A DNA stretch of 64,000 bases from Gaiellaceae bacterium. GTDB taxonomy: Bacteria > Actinomycetota > Thermoleophilia > Gaiellales > Gaiellaceae. The notes beneath the pieces are model-generated. The model ran no database searches and was not told the DNA's origin. It worked only from the letters and a program-made list of their open reading frames with translations. The DNA lies in assembly GCA_036380895.1 (NCBI GenBank), contig DASVDV010000015.1, positions 21,835-85,834 on the forward strand, read 5' to 3'. The translations under genes were made by a program, and so were the position numbers. This document shows, one piece after another, positions 62,136 through 64,000 of this stretch; position 1 is the stretch's first letter, and the number at the start of each line of letters is the position of its first letter.

Positions 62136-62982
62136 CCGCTCGCACCACGTAGATGCGTCCTGCGCCGATCTTGGCGTCGATCGTGAGCAGCCCGTCGCGG
62201 CCGGCGTGCACCTCGGCGTTCTGCCCGTCGTCGTGCCGCTGGAGCACCGAGACGTCGCCGACGTTCGCGTGCGCGTCCACGGCCACGGGAAGGTCGCGCG
62301 GGACCTTGATCCAGACCTGCCCGACCCCGACGTGGGCGCGGACGTGCAGCGGGTGCGCGACGGCGCCGATCTGACTGAGGTCGACGCGCAGGTCGCCGAC
62401 TCCCAGCTTGTACGAGGGCTCGACGAAGGCGGCGGCCGACGGCGTGTACGTGCGCTCGCCGATGCCGTCGCCGAGGCTGACGTTGAACCAGGCGAAGGCG
62501 AGCACGATCGCGGCGACGACCGCGGCGGTCATCAGGACGGCGAACGCCGCGAAGACGCGCAGCAGAACGGTGGCCCGTCGGGTCGCGCGGGTCGCCCAGA
62601 GGATGGCGACGGCGGCGACGAGCACGACGATCCAGCCTGCGCCCGCGGCGGGCCAGAGGGTGGCGCGGGAGAGCAGCACGATCAGGGCGATGCCGGCGAG
62701 GGCGAGCGCCACGAGCGGCCAGGGCCGCTCGCGACGCTCGCGGAGCACCTGCTCGGCGATCGACTCGGTCTTCGCCTCGTCGGGGACGACGAGCACGGCG
62801 GCGAGGTAGACGAGCACGCCGGCGCCGCCGAGCAGCGTCAGGACGACGAAGCCGATGCGGAAGAAGGCGGGGTTGAGGTCGAAGTAGCGTCCGAGGCCGC
62901 CGCAGACGCCGGCCAGGATGCGGTCGGACGCGCTGCGCTCGAGGCGGCGGACGCGGGGCGGATGCGTGATGTGTTCGCTCAT
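62128..62982 (-). CDS. PspC-domain membrane protein with LiaF-like C-terminal domain
   Basis: RILAGVCGGLGRYFDLNPAFFRIGFVVLTLLGGAGVLVYLAAVLVVP, four more TM segments, and a beta-rich tail (VGVGQVWIKVP...GDVSVL...GAGRIYV). Confidence 0.8.
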   Translation of the reverse strand: MSEHITHPPRVRRLERSASDRILAGVCGGLGRYFDLNPAFFRIGFVVLTLLGGAGVLVYLAAVLVVPDEAKTESIAEQVLRERRERPWPLVALALAGIALIVLLSRATLWPAAGAGWIVVLVAAVAILWATRATRRATVLLRVFAAFAVLMTAAVVAAIVLAFAWFNVSLGDGIGERTYTPSAAAFVEPSYKLGVGDLRVDLSQIGAVAHPLHVRAHVGVGQVWIKVPRDLPVAVDAHANVGDVSVLQRHDDGQNAEVHAGRDGLLTIDAKIGAGRIYVVRAGD

Positions 62983-63053
62983 GCCACGAGGGTGCCGCCG
63001 ACGCGGCGGCGCGTCTATCCGGAATCACCCTAATCCGACCCTCGTTCGCGCCC

Positions 63054-63059
63054 TACACT
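63054..63059 (+). promoter_or_regulatory. -10-like TACACT 6 nt upstream of the smpB GTG (leaderless candidate)
   Basis: Lies in the 83-nt divergent spacer. There is no Shine-Dalgarno sequence before the GTG at 63066. Confidence 0.4.
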
Positions 63060-63065
63060 GGCGCG

Positions 63066-63521
63066 GTGGCCGAGACGAAGACGATCGCCGAGAACCGCCG
63101 TGCGCGGTTCGACTACCACCTGCTGGAGCGCCTCGAGGCGGGCCTCGTCCTGACCGGGACGGAGGTGAAGTCGCTGCGCGCCGGCCGCGCCACTCTGGCG
63201 CAGAGCTACGCGGACATCCGCGACGGCGAGGTGTGGATCAGCGGGATGGAGATCGCCACGTACGACCAGGGCAACCGTGCGAACCACGAGCCGATGCGCC
63301 CGCGGAAGCTGCTCTTGCACCGGCGCGAGATCGACCGTCTCAACCAGACCGTGCGCGAGAAGGGGCTCACGTTGGTGCCGACACGGCTGTACTTCAAGGA
63401 CGGCCGGGTGAAGATCGAGGTCGCCGTCGCGCGCGGCAAGGACCGGGCCGACAAGCGCCAGACGATCGCCGACCGCGAGTCGAAGCGGCAGATGGAGCGC
63501 GCGCTCAAGAGCCGGCGCTGA
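63066..63521 (+). CDS. smpB: SsrA-binding protein
   Basis: NRRARFDYHLLERLEAGLVLTGTEVKSLR and a basic C-terminal tail. Confidence 0.95.
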   Translation: MAETKTIAENRRARFDYHLLERLEAGLVLTGTEVKSLRAGRATLAQSYADIRDGEVWISGMEIATYDQGNRANHEPMRPRKLLLHRREIDRLNQTVREKGLTLVPTRLYFKDGRVKIEVAVARGKDRADKRQTIADRESKRQMERALKSRR

Positions 63522-63550
63522 CCGTCGGTACAATGCAGACGACGAACATA

Positions 63551-63916
63551 CGGGGGCGCCATGGCTTCGACGTGGTCGGTTCTCCGGTTGAGCTGCAAGC
63601 CGAGGTCTCCGGTCGGCCTCGTTAAACAACCGGAACCAAACGCAAGTGCGGATCACGATCTCGCACTCGCTGCCTAATCTCGTCTAGGGATTAGCAGCGT
63701 GTCGCCCCGGGCCTGCCCGCGTCCCGGAGGCGGCATCAACGAGCGGGCTCGGCGCCGAAGGAGAGCCACTCGCCCGACGCGCGACACCGAAGGAGGGCTA
63801 GCCCGTCGGTAGGTCGGTCGCGAACCGGCCGCCGGGCGAATCGCAATCGCGGCCTATGCTTGTAGACGCTCGATTCGGAGCTTCCGCGGACGCGGGTTCG
63901 ATTCCCGCCGCCTCCA
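63551..63916 (+). ncRNA. ssrA: tmRNA (SsrA), 3' CCA not encoded
   Basis: 5' GGGGGCGCCATGGCTTCGACG. The 3' strand CGCCTCC-A pairs with the 5' GGGGGCG, including the G3:U wobble. T-arm GCGGG-TTCGATT-CCCGC. Tag ORF GCA...GCC TAA (63641-63676) encodes ASADHDLALAA. Sits immediately downstream of smpB. Confidence 0.9.
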
Positions 63917-64000
63917 TAGCAGCTCTTCCCGAGCAGCTGCAACTTCTGCCGCGAGCGTCGCCAGATCGGACGACGCTTGTGCGGGCTCACGAGACGCCAA

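Noticed and set aside
63736-63990. 84-aa minus-strand ORF
   Set aside because: It overlaps the 3' half of the tmRNA gene on the opposite strand and is an artefact of the structured RNA sequence.

Overview
This is a 64-kb, very GC-rich chromosomal segment (about 70% GC or more by eye). Gene order, pervasive GTG/TTG starts and 4-nt GTGA/ATGA gene overlaps point to a high-GC actinobacterium. A Thermoleophilia/Rubrobacteria-like origin is only my guess. I can support about 67 protein genes and one tmRNA, and I saw no rRNA, tRNA or CRISPR array. Most of the window is core housekeeping. It holds a split acyl-CoA mutase, a crotonase and etfB-etfA-ETF:QO, then trmH, a PLP dehydratase, rpmE, DUF1385, osmC and prfA-prmC-tsaC-glyA-upp-wecA. 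An F-type ATP synthase operon follows, then metH, an LCP/sugar-nucleotide cluster, merR-ahcY-mtnA, comF-hpf, secA-prfB-ftsE-ftsX, rnr, a PspC-type two-component module and smpB-ssrA. Several parts do not look like housekeeping. (1) At the left edge is a minus-strand operon of four paralogous TasA/camelysin-like secreted proteins around one SipW-type (ER/archaeal-type) signal peptidase. They share six conserved cysteines and carry a roughly 60-aa insertion module in 0, 1 or 2 copies. This is my best candidate for an undescribed surface-fibre or matrix system, and it runs off the window. (2) The ATP synthase operon is split: atpZ/I-B-E-F-H-A-G, then a 7.3-kb peptide ABC transporter plus two small genes, then atpD-C. 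(3) A lone IS200/RayT-like Y1 transposase sits against the ETF:QO gene. (4) An MtnA (IF-2B family) gene is translationally coupled to an NTP-transferase gene. (5) An AT-rich 9-1-9 palindrome exactly fills the promoter spacer of an EntS-like MFS gene. (6) A TAnnnT -10 box recurs 6-9 nt upstream of start codons, implying many leaderless mRNAs. All calls come from reading the sequence and translations only; no searches were run.
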